DNA of 44,204 bases from a virus (taxonomy: Duplodnaviria; Caudoviricetes), in the IMG/VR virus record IMGVR_UViG_3300031460_000088, positions 1 to 44,204 of that record; one strand, 5' to 3'. Positions 1 through 8,611 of the stretch are shown piece after piece. The position numbers and the translations under genes are program-made. Under the pieces are notes generated by a model. That model did no database searches and had not been told where the DNA came from. It was given only the letters and a program-made list of their open reading frames with translations. How positions within the stretch are numbered: the first letter of the stretch is position 1; each line of letters begins with the position of its first letter.

Positions 1-693
1 TCAGAGGCCAACCTTCTGCACGCCGTACTCGGCCTGCTGGGTGGTAAAGCCGTCGAACTGCAACTGCTTGATGAGGCTCGCCCGGGAGAACGACGTCAAC
101 GCCAAGTAGTCCTTGGCCTTCTTGGCTGCCTGCTCGTTCCAGTCGGCGTTCAGCTTGTCGACGCCGTAGGTCGCGTCCGCGACGGAGAAGCCATCGAACT
201 GCATCTGCTTGATCAGCCCCGAGCGCGAGAAGGCCGTCAAGTCGAGGTAGTCCTTCGCCTTCCTGACCGCGTTCTGCTGGCTGACCGTCTCGGCCGGAGC
301 GGCTGGCGGCGGGACCGCCGGTGACGGTGATGCGGGGGCCGAGGAGGGCGCGGGCGGCGCGGGCGTCGGTTTCGTCGGCGGTGCGGGCGCCGACGACGCA
401 CGACTCGACGATGCAGAACTTGAGGGCGCAGACGACACCGAGGCCGCGGTCGACCCCGTGGGCGTGGAGGAGTTGCCGCCGTTCGCGGTGCCGATCACGA
501 TGAACAGCAGTACCAGGGCGCCCAGCCCCGTCAGGATCTTGTGCCGCAGGAACCAGTTCTTCTTCTTCGCGAGCGGCGGGGCAGCTGGCGGTCCCTGTGG
601 GGCGCTCGGAGCGGTGTGCTCGGTCCACTGTTGGCCATCCCAGTAGCGTTGCGTCCCGTCGCTCTGCGGATACCATCCAGGACTCTGTGCCAT
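1..693 (-). CDS. ltp: Ltp-family superinfection-exclusion membrane protein with N-terminal DUF2510-like domain
   Basis: PGWYP..DGTQRYWDGQQWT motif, TM helix, Ser/Pro-rich linker, two Ltp repeats (AVRKAKDYL..FSRSGLIKQM.FDGF; DWNEQAAKKAKDYL..FSRASLIKQL.FDGF); start taken at ATG 693. Confidence 0.9.
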   Translation of the reverse strand: MAQSPGWYPQSDGTQRYWDGQQWTEHTAPSAPQGPPAAPPLAKKKNWFLRHKILTGLGALVLLFIVIGTANGGNSSTPTGSTAASVSSAPSSSASSSRASSAPAPPTKPTPAPPAPSSAPASPSPAVPPPAAPAETVSQQNAVRKAKDYLDLTAFSRSGLIKQMQFDGFSVADATYGVDKLNADWNEQAAKKAKDYLALTSFSRASLIKQLQFDGFTTQQAEYGVQKVGL

Positions 694-767
694 CTTGCTT
701 CCCCTCGTTCCGCGCGGTGGAGCCTCCACCTTCGCAGGTCATCACAACAGATCCTCAGATGGTCTGC

Positions 768-1013
768 TCACTGAGTGTCCACAATGTGACCTTTGGACCT
801 AGCGCCCTGAGACCTGCGGACTCGGCGCGCACGCAGCAGCCGGCACTCGATTGGCAGGACGGTGAGGACGTCGGGCTGTTCGATGAGGTGGTTCACTCGC
901 TGCCAGAACGCGGTCACGTTCCCGAACTTGTCGTGGATCTCACGCTCCCGCGCTGGCTCCGTACGGAACGACGCGGCCGCGAGGCGGACCCGCTCGAGGT
1001 CGTCGGTCTTCAT
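768..1013 (-). CDS. DUF3263-like small protein
   Basis: AREREIHDKFG..TAFWQRVNHLIEQP..L..LP..CRLLRARR resembles the DUF3263 pattern; ATGA overlap with upstream gene. Confidence 0.65.
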   Translation of the reverse strand: MKTDDLERVRLAAASFRTEPAREREIHDKFGNVTAFWQRVNHLIEQPDVLTVLPIECRLLRARRVRRSQGARSKGHIVDTQ

Positions 1014-1393
1014 GCCGTCGACTCTGCCCGACCCCACCGACAAGCCCGCTCGAGGAGAGCCCTCTCAGCAGGGTGAGCGACCGTCACGCGGAAGCGGACC
1101 CACGGCTCGGGCACCTTCATGTGCCACACGAACTCAGGCCAGTCCGTCGTCTCGCTGAGCCAGTGTTCCATCGCCGCCAGCGGCATGGCCCGTTGGGCCG
1201 CCTCGCGCTCCACCGACCTCTCCTGAGCCGAACGGAACCAGCCTGCGCAGTCGGCGTCTCCACGGCGCGCGTGGACCAGCTCGTGCCAGAGCACCGCCCG
1301 CTCCTCGTCGAGCCGCAGACCCTCGCGCAGGACGATGGAGCGACGGTCGTGGTAGTAGCGGCCCGGCTCGGAGATCGCCATGCGCGTCATCAT
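1010..1393 (-). CDS. immA: ImmA/IrrE-family metallopeptidase (anti-repressor)
   Basis: ERAVLWHELVH (HExxH) and QERSVEREAA motifs, directly downstream of the repressor; start uncertain. Confidence 0.85.
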   Translation of the reverse strand: MMTRMAISEPGRYYHDRRSIVLREGLRLDEERAVLWHELVHARRGDADCAGWFRSAQERSVEREAAQRAMPLAAMEHWLSETTDWPEFVWHMKVPEPWVRFRVTVAHPAERALLERACRWGRAESTA

Positions 1394-1424
1394 CAGGTCC
1401 GACGTGCCGAGCGCGGCCCACGGG

Positions 1425-1784
1425 TCAGGAACCCTGCTGGCGCTTGAGTGCCTCAATGTCCCTCGCCATCTCGTCCAGCCGTCGCATGATCTGCTCATTG
1501 GTCACGTCGCTTTCGACCCGCTCGCCGGGGGCGGCGACGTACTCGGCATCCTGCCCCTCTACACCGACAGCCGCTCGCCAGTCACCCCGCGTCTCCGGCC
1601 AGAGAGTCCTCACGATGCGAGCCAGCAGGTCTGGTCTGACGCGCTGCTCTGACTCGGCCTTGTCCCAGGTCGCGGAGTTCACCTTCGCCGCCGAGTAGGC
1701 AGCCTTTTTGTCGCCGAATGTGGCGAGGCGCTCGCTGATGATTTTGGCTGCCAACTGTGCGCGCTGCTCTTCCGATGGGTCCAT
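1425..1784 (-). CDS. Putative immunity repressor (divergent XRE-type HTH)
   Basis: Divergent from Cro-like gene, upstream of ImmA; KKAAYSAAKVNSATWDKAE is HTH-like; C-terminal coiled coil. Confidence 0.65.
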   Translation of the reverse strand: MDPSEEQRAQLAAKIISERLATFGDKKAAYSAAKVNSATWDKAESEQRVRPDLLARIVRTLWPETRGDWRAAVGVEGQDAEYVAAPGERVESDVTNEQIMRRLDEMARDIEALKRQQGS

Positions 1785-1808
1785 ACGCGAACACTGACAG
1801 AAACGCTT

Positions 1809-1949
1809 AGGAACATCTACTGGCACGCAGGAACATCGGCGTTCGCGCAGGTCACGACGACGAATGACACGGCTGTCTTTCTGCACGCCAGAGCCGCAGA
1901 AAGTTCCTGTTCTCGTCTGTTGCCAAGTGTTCCTGTTCGTGGTTATATA
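1809..1949. promoter_or_regulatory. Lysis/lysogeny switch: operator-like repeats and rightward promoter
   Basis: AGGAACATC at 1809 and 1829; oppositely oriented GTTCCTGTTC at 1903 and 1929; TTGCCA 1920-1925 and TTATATA 1943-1949 just before ATG 1955 (probably leaderless). Confidence 0.6.
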
Positions 1950-1954
1950 GACCC

Positions 1955-2212
1955 ATGCCACCCACCCCCACCACCGTTGAGGTCAACGGATACGCCCTCC
2001 GTGAGCTGCGCATCCGCTCCGGACTCGGGGTCGCCGAACTCGCCGCACAGGTCGGCGTCCAGCGGCCCTACATCGCCAAGATCGAGCTGGGCCACTCCAC
2101 CCGCGTCTCGCCCAAGGTCTACAACGCGATCCTCGCCGCGCTGACCATCCAGGACCGTCGGGTCCTCATGGCCCACCCGCACGGTTGCACGGCCGTGGCC
2201 GTGGCGTCATGA
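1955..2212 (+). CDS. Cro-like XRE HTH regulator
   Basis: LRELRIRSGLGVAELAAQVGVQRPYIAKIELG is a canonical XRE HTH. Confidence 0.9.
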   Translation: MPPTPTTVEVNGYALRELRIRSGLGVAELAAQVGVQRPYIAKIELGHSTRVSPKVYNAILAALTIQDRRVLMAHPHGCTAVAVAS

Positions 2213-2391
2213 GTGACGCCATCGCAGTCTCGATCAAGACCGCCGCCGCCAAGACCGACCTATCCGAGGACACCATCCGGGCCGCGATCAACCACGGCGT
2301 CCTGCGGGCCAAGCGCAGCGGTCGCGCTATCCGCATCCGCGTGGACGACCTCGAGGCGTGGTTCGACCAGCTTGAGGACGTGGCGTCGTGA
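2209..2391 (+). CDS. Excisionase-like HTH_17 DNA-binding protein
   Basis: SIKTAAAKTDLSEDTIRAAINHGVLRAKRSGRAIRIRVDDLEAW. Confidence 0.85.
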   Translation: MSDAIAVSIKTAAAKTDLSEDTIRAAINHGVLRAKRSGRAIRIRVDDLEAWFDQLEDVAS

Positions 2392-2675
2392 CCTACGACC
2401 CGGACATGACCGTCGAGCAGATCGGCTCCGCGTTCCTCGGCTGGCTCTGCGCCACCACTGGAATGCGTCACGCCTCACCACGAGGCGGTCTCGACTACAT
2501 CGCGATTGAGGAAGGCAGCGCCGGCGCACTCGTGCGCGACTTCGTGGCCTGCACGACCGGGCATCCCAGCCTCGTCCCCGGATCGAAGGAACGCCTCGAC
2601 GCGCTAGGGCGCTCGCTGCTCCTTGAACTCAACCGGGCCGACGTCGAGGCCCTCGCCAAGGCGGTGGCCGCGTGA
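2388..2675 (+). CDS. Hypothetical phage protein
   Basis: GTGA overlaps at both ends, typical codon usage. Confidence 0.7.
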   Translation: MTYDPDMTVEQIGSAFLGWLCATTGMRHASPRGGLDYIAIEEGSAGALVRDFVACTTGHPSLVPGSKERLDALGRSLLLELNRADVEALAKAVAA

Positions 2676-2803
2676 CCTTCACCCACGGCACGTCCGCGTA
2701 CCGCAACCACGGCTGCCGCTGCCCGATCTGCACCGAGGGTTGCGCCGCCAGTACCCGCCAATACCGCGACCGGCTGAAGTCGCGGACTGAGGCCGCGTCA
2801 TGA
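2672..2803 (+). CDS. Small zinc-binding phage protein (HGT..Y.NHGCRCxxC)
   Basis: Translated by hand: VTFTHGTSAYRNHGCRCPICTEGCAASTRQYRDRLKSRTEAAS; coupled to both neighbours. Confidence 0.75.
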   Translation: MTFTHGTSAYRNHGCRCPICTEGCAASTRQYRDRLKSRTEAAS

Positions 2804-2982
2804 CCGCCCCGAGCGAGGTCCAGTTCCCGCCCTACTGCCCGAAGTGCAAGCGGCTCCTCGCCGACACGGCAGAGCCGCACTGCAAGCCTCCGGTCCGCTC
2901 CACCCCCTGCGGGTGGCTGCGATGCCGGTGCGGCGTGGTCATCGACAGCGCAGGCAGATACCACCCACGCGACGCCGCCTGA
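2800..2982 (+). CDS. Small Cys-rich (zinc ribbon-like) protein
   Basis: CPKC..HC..CGWLRCRCG; ATGA overlap. Confidence 0.7.
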   Translation: MTAPSEVQFPPYCPKCKRLLADTAEPHCKPPVRSTPCGWLRCRCGVVIDSAGRYHPRDAA

Positions 2983-2988
2983 CCACTT

Positions 2989-3024
2989 CCCCGGCGCGGG
3001 TTGACGCCCCTCCCCGCGCCGGGG
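2989..3024 (+). other. Intergenic 12-bp stem-loop
   Basis: CCCCGGCGCGGG / CCCGCGCCGGGG perfect stem, no U-tail. Confidence 0.55.
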
Positions 3025-3070
3025 TCGCAACACACCCGCCGCGTCACCACATCCCAGAAAGACACGTCCC

Positions 3071-4582
3071 ATGACTGACACCGCCACCCCCGCCAAGCGC
3101 ACCCGCATCGACACCCTCACCGACGCCGAACGCGCCACCTTCCCCGGCTACGTCGACCGGTGGACCGCCACCGGCCTCCGCACCGGCCCCCTCAACGCCG
3201 ACGAGTGGGCCCAGGTCGAGGCCGCCGCCCGCCGAATGTACGGGTACGCCGGGCTGCCGGAACCGCGGGTGTTCCTCGGCGTCGCGTCCCCGTTGGCTGC
3301 TGCGATAGCCGCCAGCGTGGCCGCTGAGGTCGCCCCTGCGGCAGCCGCGCACCTCGGGGACGGCGTGGAGGCCGGCGTGTGGGTCGGCGTGCGGGCCGGC
3401 GTGGAGGCCGGCGTGCGGGCCGGCGTGCGGGACGGCGTGGGGGACGGCGTGGAGGCCGGCGTGTGGGTCGGCGTGCGGGCCGGCGTGGAGGCCGGCGTGT
3501 GGGCCGGCGTGCGGGTCGGCGTGCGGGCCGGCGTGGGGGACGGCGTGCGGGACGGCGTGGAGGCCGGCGTGGAGGACGGCGTGGAGGCCGGCGTGGAGGC
3601 CGGCGTGCGGGCCGGCGTGTGGGACGGCGTGTGGGACGGCGTGGGGGACGGCGTGTGGGACGGCGTGCGGGCCGGCGTGTGGGACGGCGTGTGGGACGGC
3701 GTGGAGGCCGGCGTGCGGGCCGGCGTGCGGACCGGCGTGTGGGACGGCGTGGGGGACGGCGTGGAGGACGGCGTGCGGGCCGGCGTGCGGGCCGGCGTGT
3801 CTCTACTCGCGCCCTATCAAGAGTGGCTCCACGAACCCATCCGCCGGGGACTGAGCAAAGTTCGCACCCAGTGGTACGCCCAATACCGCGGCGGGAACCT
3901 CTGGTGCTCCTCGAACGCCTGGGCGACCTGGTTCCGCGACCACGGGCTCGACCTCGGCGACGACCTGTGGAACCGGCTCGACGCCGACAACACAATGTGC
4001 CTCGCCGGCCCCTCATGGTGGTTCGGCGGGCACTGTATCGTCTCCGACCGCCCAACCGAGCTCCACGTCGAGAACGTGGCCGGGGTCAACCGCCTCCACT
4101 GCGGCACCGGTACCGCGATCGCGTGGGCCGACGGGTGGGGCATCTACTCCTGGCATGGCGTGCAGGTCCCCGCCGACCTCATCGAGGACGGGTGGCCCAT
4201 CGACCGGATCATGCGTGAGGAGAACGCGGAGGTACGCCGGTGCGCCGTGGAGATCCTCGCCGACCGGGACGGGTGGGCCGGGATCATCCGCGCCGCCGGA
4301 TGGCAGCAGATCGGCGCTGACGCACCCGACCCCGGCAACCCCGGTCAGCGCCTGTCGCTGTACCGGGTCCCAGCCCTGACCGACCGTCGCGGCGTCGGGA
4401 TGGGCCTGTACCGCGAGCCGGTGAACCTGCTGCGCTGCACCAACGCGACAGTCGAACGCTCGGGTGAACGGCACGAATTTGGCCTGACCGTCCCAGCCGA
4501 CATCACCGACCCCACCGAAGCCAGTGCCTGGACCTTCGACCTGCCCGTCGACCTGTACCGGGCGCTTCAACGCGCCTGCTGA
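3071..4582 (+). CDS. DUF6745-like protein with internal tetrapeptide repeat array
   Basis: C-terminal SDRPTELH..RLHC.TG.AIAWADGWGIYSWHGVQVP..EENAEVRRC..EPVNLLRCTNAT..FGLTVP..ASAWTF. Confidence 0.85.
   Translation: MTDTATPAKRTRIDTLTDAERATFPGYVDRWTATGLRTGPLNADEWAQVEAAARRMYGYAGLPEPRVFLGVASPLAAAIAASVAAEVAPAAAAHLGDGVEAGVWVGVRAGVEAGVRAGVRDGVGDGVEAGVWVGVRAGVEAGVWAGVRVGVRAGVGDGVRDGVEAGVEDGVEAGVEAGVRAGVWDGVWDGVGDGVWDGVRAGVWDGVWDGVEAGVRAGVRTGVWDGVGDGVEDGVRAGVRAGVSLLAPYQEWLHEPIRRGLSKVRTQWYAQYRGGNLWCSSNAWATWFRDHGLDLGDDLWNRLDADNTMCLAGPSWWFGGHCIVSDRPTELHVENVAGVNRLHCGTGTAIAWADGWGIYSWHGVQVPADLIEDGWPIDRIMREENAEVRRCAVEILADRDGWAGIIRAAGWQQIGADAPDPGNPGQRLSLYRVPALTDRRGVGMGLYREPVNLLRCTNATVERSGERHEFGLTVPADITDPTEASAWTFDLPVDLYRALQRAC
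3362..3799 (+). repeat. 12-bp tandem repeat, 36 full units (GGCGTG NNG NNC; GV[E/R/W/G][A/D/V/T])
   Basis: Read directly in DNA and protein. Confidence 0.95.
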
Positions 4583-4606
4583 CCACCCAACCCATCAAGA
4601 AGGAGC

Positions 4607-5038
4607 ATGAGCATGAGCATCACCGCAACCCGCACCATCGGCGACCTGGCCACCGAGACCGGCGTCACCATCCTGACCGGACACGCCCCCGACTTCGAGA
4701 TCCCGGTCCTAACCGGTCCGCAACGTCAGGGCGACGTCCTCGTCCTGCCCGACTGCAAGGCGGCCGCCGCCGCCGCCGTTCCCCGGACCGGTACGCCGGT
4801 CGTGCGCGGCGAGAACGGCGGGAACACCCACGCCATCTACGCCGACGGCCCGGGCGTCCTGTGCGACACCTACCCGGCCGACGCCCAAGATCTGCGGGTG
4901 GCGACCCTGCTCGTCCCCGAGGGGACGGTGGCGTACCTGGGCCATCCGGAGCATGCGTTCGCCGGTATCGGTCCCGGCTCGTACACGATCCGCCGTCAGC
5001 GTGAGCAGGCGGACGAGCTGCGGATCGTCTGCGACTGA
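4607..5038 (+). CDS. Small His-containing partner of DUF6745 proteins
   Basis: RQGDV..GENGGNTHAI..HPEH..GSYTIRRQRE motifs; AGGAG SD. Confidence 0.8.
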   Translation: MSMSITATRTIGDLATETGVTILTGHAPDFEIPVLTGPQRQGDVLVLPDCKAAAAAAVPRTGTPVVRGENGGNTHAIYADGPGVLCDTYPADAQDLRVATLLVPEGTVAYLGHPEHAFAGIGPGSYTIRRQREQADELRIVCD

Positions 5039-5058
5039 CCGACCCACCTGCCTGAGTC

Positions 5059-5151
5059 CTCCCGGGCCGCAGTCCTTCCACGGGCGCCGCGGCCCGGGAG
5101 CCACCACCCCACATAGCGAAGCCGGCCACCCCGTCAAGAGAGACCGGCTTC
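5059..5151 (+). other. Two intergenic stem-loops
   Basis: CTCCCGGGCCGC/GCGGCCCGGGAG (5059-5100) and GAAGCCGG/CCGGCTTC (5118-5151). Confidence 0.5.
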
Positions 5152-5206
5152 ACCAACAGACAGGACAGAGGATACCCGTGAACGTCACCATATTGCCCAC
5201 CACGTC

Positions 5207-5497
5207 ATGACCCTCATGACCGCCACCCTCCCCGCCGTCGCCGACAGCGGGTCCCAGATCGACCCCAGCCTCGGCTGGGTCATCCTCCTCCTCGCCGTCG
5301 CCTCCCTCGTACGTCACATCTGGCGGTGTGTCGGTCGCCGGCTGGACGCCCAAATCGAGGACGTCGTTGGTGCACCCATCGGCTGGGACGCCCGCGCTGA
5401 GCTGGTCGGGCTGCGACCCCTCGACGGGGACGAGCCGTACGACCAGGTGTTGGACGACCCGGACTTCCGCGCCTGGTCACGGGAGCTGGCGTCATGA
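5207..5497 (+). CDS. Small membrane protein
   Basis: One TM segment (LGWVILLLAVASLV); ATGA overlap with next gene. Confidence 0.7.
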   Translation: MTLMTATLPAVADSGSQIDPSLGWVILLLAVASLVRHIWRCVGRRLDAQIEDVVGAPIGWDARAELVGLRPLDGDEPYDQVLDDPDFRAWSRELAS

Positions 5498-5931
5498 CCC
5501 TGCACACGGTCAACGCGACCCCCGGCGGCATGACGAACGCCGTCGCTCCGAAGGCCGAACAGGTCGTCGACGGCGCCACCTGGTCCGTCGAGCTCGACCT
5601 CAACCCGATCGCATCCAGCCTCATCGGCGACCTGGCCCACGCCCTGCGCGGCCACGCCCACTGGCTCGTCGTCCTCTCCCACCTGCCACCGACCAGCGTC
5701 GAGTACACCGCCGTCCTGGCCGACGTCCTCGCCCTGTCCAGCGTCCGCCAGGCCCTCACCCAGGCCATCACACCCCAGGGCGCGCAGGACCTGTCCGGGC
5801 AGCTGTGGGACGCCAAGGACGAGCCGGACCGGTGTGCCTGCACCGAGGCGTACGTCGAGGACGGGTTCGGTGGCCAGTGCCGCGACTGCCAGCAGCGCGC
5901 CGAGAACCGCTCGCCGGTGAGGTTCCGATGA
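5494..5931 (+). CDS. Hypothetical protein with C-terminal CxC/CxxC
   Basis: Coupled ORF with typical codon usage. Confidence 0.7.
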   Translation: MTLHTVNATPGGMTNAVAPKAEQVVDGATWSVELDLNPIASSLIGDLAHALRGHAHWLVVLSHLPPTSVEYTAVLADVLALSSVRQALTQAITPQGAQDLSGQLWDAKDEPDRCACTEAYVEDGFGGQCRDCQQRAENRSPVRFR

Positions 5932-6833
5932 CATCACCCCGGTACGCAGAGGCCACGGCTCTCGGACGGTACTATTCCCGCCCTGGCACGGGCGAGAAGC
6001 TCATCTCGGTGACGAACGCGCTCTCCGTCGCCATGGCGAAGCCGGCGCTCGTTCCATGGGCCGCGAAGATCGTCGCCGAGCACACCCTCGACCACCTGCC
6101 GCAGGTCGTCGCACGGTCCCGCACCGACCGCGACGGCCTGCTGAAGGACCTCAAGGGTCAGGTCGGCGTGTCTCGGGACAAGGCGGCGAACCTCGGCTCC
6201 CGCATCCACGCCCTCGCCGAGGCGCACGCTACCGGCCAGCAGGTCGCGTGGCAGGACGGCGACGGCGAGTGCGCCCCGTACGTGGACCAGTACGTGAGGT
6301 TCCTGGCCGACTTCGACGTCCAGCTCGAACGTGACGTCATCGCCGCCGAGATGACCGTCGCCGACCCGCACCTCGGGGTCGCCGGCACCCTCGACCTGAT
6401 CGCGCAGCTGCCCGTCGGGGTCGAGGCGACCTCTACGGGCGTGCAGGTGTACCAGCTGCCGGACGGTGAGCGGCACGCGTTCCTGATCGATCTGAAGACC
6501 TCGGCCACCCGGCCGAGCACGTCCGTCTACGGCGAGTACGCGCTCCAGCTGGCGGCGTTGCGGGACATGCGGGAGGCGTGGATGCCAGACGGGTCGATCG
6601 AGCCGATGCCCCGCGTCAGTGCGTGCGCGGTGCTCAACCTGCGGCGGAACACGTACTCGCTGATCCCGCTCCCGTTCACCGACGCGGAGCGCAAAGCCTG
6701 GCGGGCGGTCGTGACGGTGGCGAAGTGGTCGCACTCGACCGGCAAGGACATCAACGGCGGCCAATACCGGCCCGTCACCCCGGCCGGCGCGAGCAGGCCG
6801 AAGCAGACACGCAGCCCGAAGGCGGTGGCGTGA
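5928..6833 (+). CDS. PD-(D/E)xK exonuclease (RecE/Cas4-like)
   Basis: SVTNAL..KPALVPWAA, GSRIH, E..V..GVAGTLD, LIDLKTS, LQLAA. Confidence 0.85.
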   Translation: MTSPRYAEATALGRYYSRPGTGEKLISVTNALSVAMAKPALVPWAAKIVAEHTLDHLPQVVARSRTDRDGLLKDLKGQVGVSRDKAANLGSRIHALAEAHATGQQVAWQDGDGECAPYVDQYVRFLADFDVQLERDVIAAEMTVADPHLGVAGTLDLIAQLPVGVEATSTGVQVYQLPDGERHAFLIDLKTSATRPSTSVYGEYALQLAALRDMREAWMPDGSIEPMPRVSACAVLNLRRNTYSLIPLPFTDAERKAWRAVVTVAKWSHSTGKDINGGQYRPVTPAGASRPKQTRSPKAVA

Positions 6834-7408
6834 TGCGGACCTGCTCCATCGACGGATGCGAGAACAGCCACTTTGGCCACGGCTACTGCAACAAGCACTA
6901 CAAGCGCTGGCGCAAGACCGGGGACTCTGCAATCGCTCGACCCTACGGGGTCGACCTCCGTGGACAACGATTCGGTCGGCTAATCATCGCCGGACGCGTC
7001 ATTGAGCCATCCGCAGATCCAAAGTGGACAGCCCGTTGCGACTGCGGGCGCCTCATGACGGCGCGTGCCAGCAAGCTGCGAAGTGGACACACCAAGTCGT
7101 GTGGATGTCTCCGAGTCGACACGATCGGTGCCTTGCGTCGCAAGGACATCGTCGACTACGCCGGCGCCCACAATCGCGTCGCCGCCCTGCGCGGACCAGC
7201 CAAGAGTCATCCGTGTGTCGACTGCGGTCAACCGGCCCAGGACTGGTCCTACGACCGACAGGACCCTGACGAGCTGATCGCCGTCAACGACTACGGCCGC
7301 GGCTGTGCGTACAGCCTCGACCCCTCTCACTACTTCGCACGTTGCAAGCCGTGCCACGCGGCATTCGACTCGCCGACCAGAAAGGCACTAGAGCATGTCA
7401 CCCATTAG
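6833..7408 (+). CDS. HNH-type (homing) endonuclease-like protein
   Basis: CSIDGC..GYCNKHYKRW, DLRGQRFGRL..CDCG..TKSCGC, CVDCG..WSYD..RCKPCH; atypical codon usage. Confidence 0.7.
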   Translation: MRTCSIDGCENSHFGHGYCNKHYKRWRKTGDSAIARPYGVDLRGQRFGRLIIAGRVIEPSADPKWTARCDCGRLMTARASKLRSGHTKSCGCLRVDTIGALRRKDIVDYAGAHNRVAALRGPAKSHPCVDCGQPAQDWSYDRQDPDELIAVNDYGRGCAYSLDPSHYFARCKPCHAAFDSPTRKALEHVTH

Positions 7409-8441
7409 TCCGCTCGTCCTCCAGAGACGTCACGCACAGCTAGGCGCCATACGTCTAGGTGACAAAGGGTCGAAGGGCCAGCCGAAGAAGTTGACCCGGT
7501 TCCGGATCACGTCGCCGAACCAGCGACTCGTCGAGTCTCTTGCCGCTCTCTACGGTGGCGAAGCGCGCCCCTGGGACAACGCCGGAAAGGGCGAGTGGGA
7601 GGTCTACACCGAAGCGACCAGCCTGCCCGTCGTCGTCGTCCGGGGTGGCTTGTCTCAGTGGCTTGAGACCTGGTCCGGCGGCGGCTGCCAGCGCCGCTGC
7701 GACGGGGAGCGGGAGATGATCTCCGACGGCCCGTGCATCTGCGAAAGCGAACCCGGCGACCGCCGCTGCAAGCCCACGACGCGCCTGTCGGTGATGTTGC
7801 GTGAGCTCGACGTCATCGGGGTGTGGAAGTGCGAGTCGCACGGCTGGAACAGCGCCGCAGAACTCCCCGGCCTCGTGGAGCTCGCGCAACAGGTCGGCGA
7901 CCTCGTCCCGGCGAATCTCGTGCTGCGAGAGCGCATCCAGATCAAGGACGGCAAGACGTCCAAGTTCGTTGTCCCGGGCCTCGACCTCGAGGTCTCACCC
8001 GCACGCCTGGCTGCGATCGTGTCGGGAACCACGCCGGCCGCTGCGATCGACAGCGGTGCCGGTGCGGCCGCCGCCATCGCCGCCGCCTCCGCGACGGACT
8101 GGGCCGGGCTGCTCCAAGACGCCACGACTCCCGACGAGTGCCGGGCGCTGTGGAAACAGGCGGGCGAGGCGGGCGCACTGACGCCCGAGCTCGCCGACGC
8201 CATCAAGGGCAGGGCGATTGAGGTCGCCCCGAAGTCCGACCCCGGGCCCGCTCCGGCCACCTCGGCCGCCCAGGGCGTGGACGACCTGTGGTTCCTCGTC
8301 ACGGCGGAAGCCGGCCGGCAGGACCTGACTGACGCCGCGGTCCGGGAGGCGTTCGCCCGGGCGTTCGAGCATGACGTGGCCGAGGCGACGACGGCCGAGC
8401 TTGAGCAGTTCCTCACCGAGCTGAAGTCGGTGCCGGCGTGA
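7395..8441 (+). CDS. phiC31 gp3-like (recombination directionality factor-like) protein
   Basis: IRLG..RFRITSP..LYGG..W, WSGGGCQRRCDG, CKPTTRLSV, VWKCESHGW.SA.EL. Confidence 0.75.
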   Translation: MSPISPLVLQRRHAQLGAIRLGDKGSKGQPKKLTRFRITSPNQRLVESLAALYGGEARPWDNAGKGEWEVYTEATSLPVVVVRGGLSQWLETWSGGGCQRRCDGEREMISDGPCICESEPGDRRCKPTTRLSVMLRELDVIGVWKCESHGWNSAAELPGLVELAQQVGDLVPANLVLRERIQIKDGKTSKFVVPGLDLEVSPARLAAIVSGTTPAAAIDSGAGAAAAIAAASATDWAGLLQDATTPDECRALWKQAGEAGALTPELADAIKGRAIEVAPKSDPGPAPATSAAQGVDDLWFLVTAEAGRQDLTDAAVREAFARAFEHDVAEATTAELEQFLTELKSVPA

Positions 8442-8611
8442 GCGGCTACGTCCTCCGGCAGATCGAGGACCGGATGATCGCCGCCGTCGACGAGGGCCTG
8501 GAGCAGCTCGCGAACGGTTGGCTGCCCCACGAGGTGGCCGGCGTCCTGGAGGACGCGGCCTCGGTCATCGGGGACCTCGCCGTCCAAGCCCGTGAGCGGG
8601 TCGCGTCATGA
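8438..8611 (+). CDS. Hypothetical 57-aa protein
   Basis: Hand-translated ORF coupled by GTGA/ATGA overlaps on both sides. Confidence 0.65.
   Translation: MSGYVLRQIEDRMIAAVDEGLEQLANGWLPHEVAGVLEDAASVIGDLAVQARERVAS

Noticed and set aside
1425-1784. Integration-dependent immunity (attP inside the repressor, ssrA-like tags)
   Set aside because: Repressor is internal and far from the att junction; neither repressor nor integrase ends in an Ala-Ala-type tag
3362-3799. Possible CRISPR or mini-array
   Set aside because: Contiguous 12-bp in-frame coding repeats, no unique spacers, no cas genes
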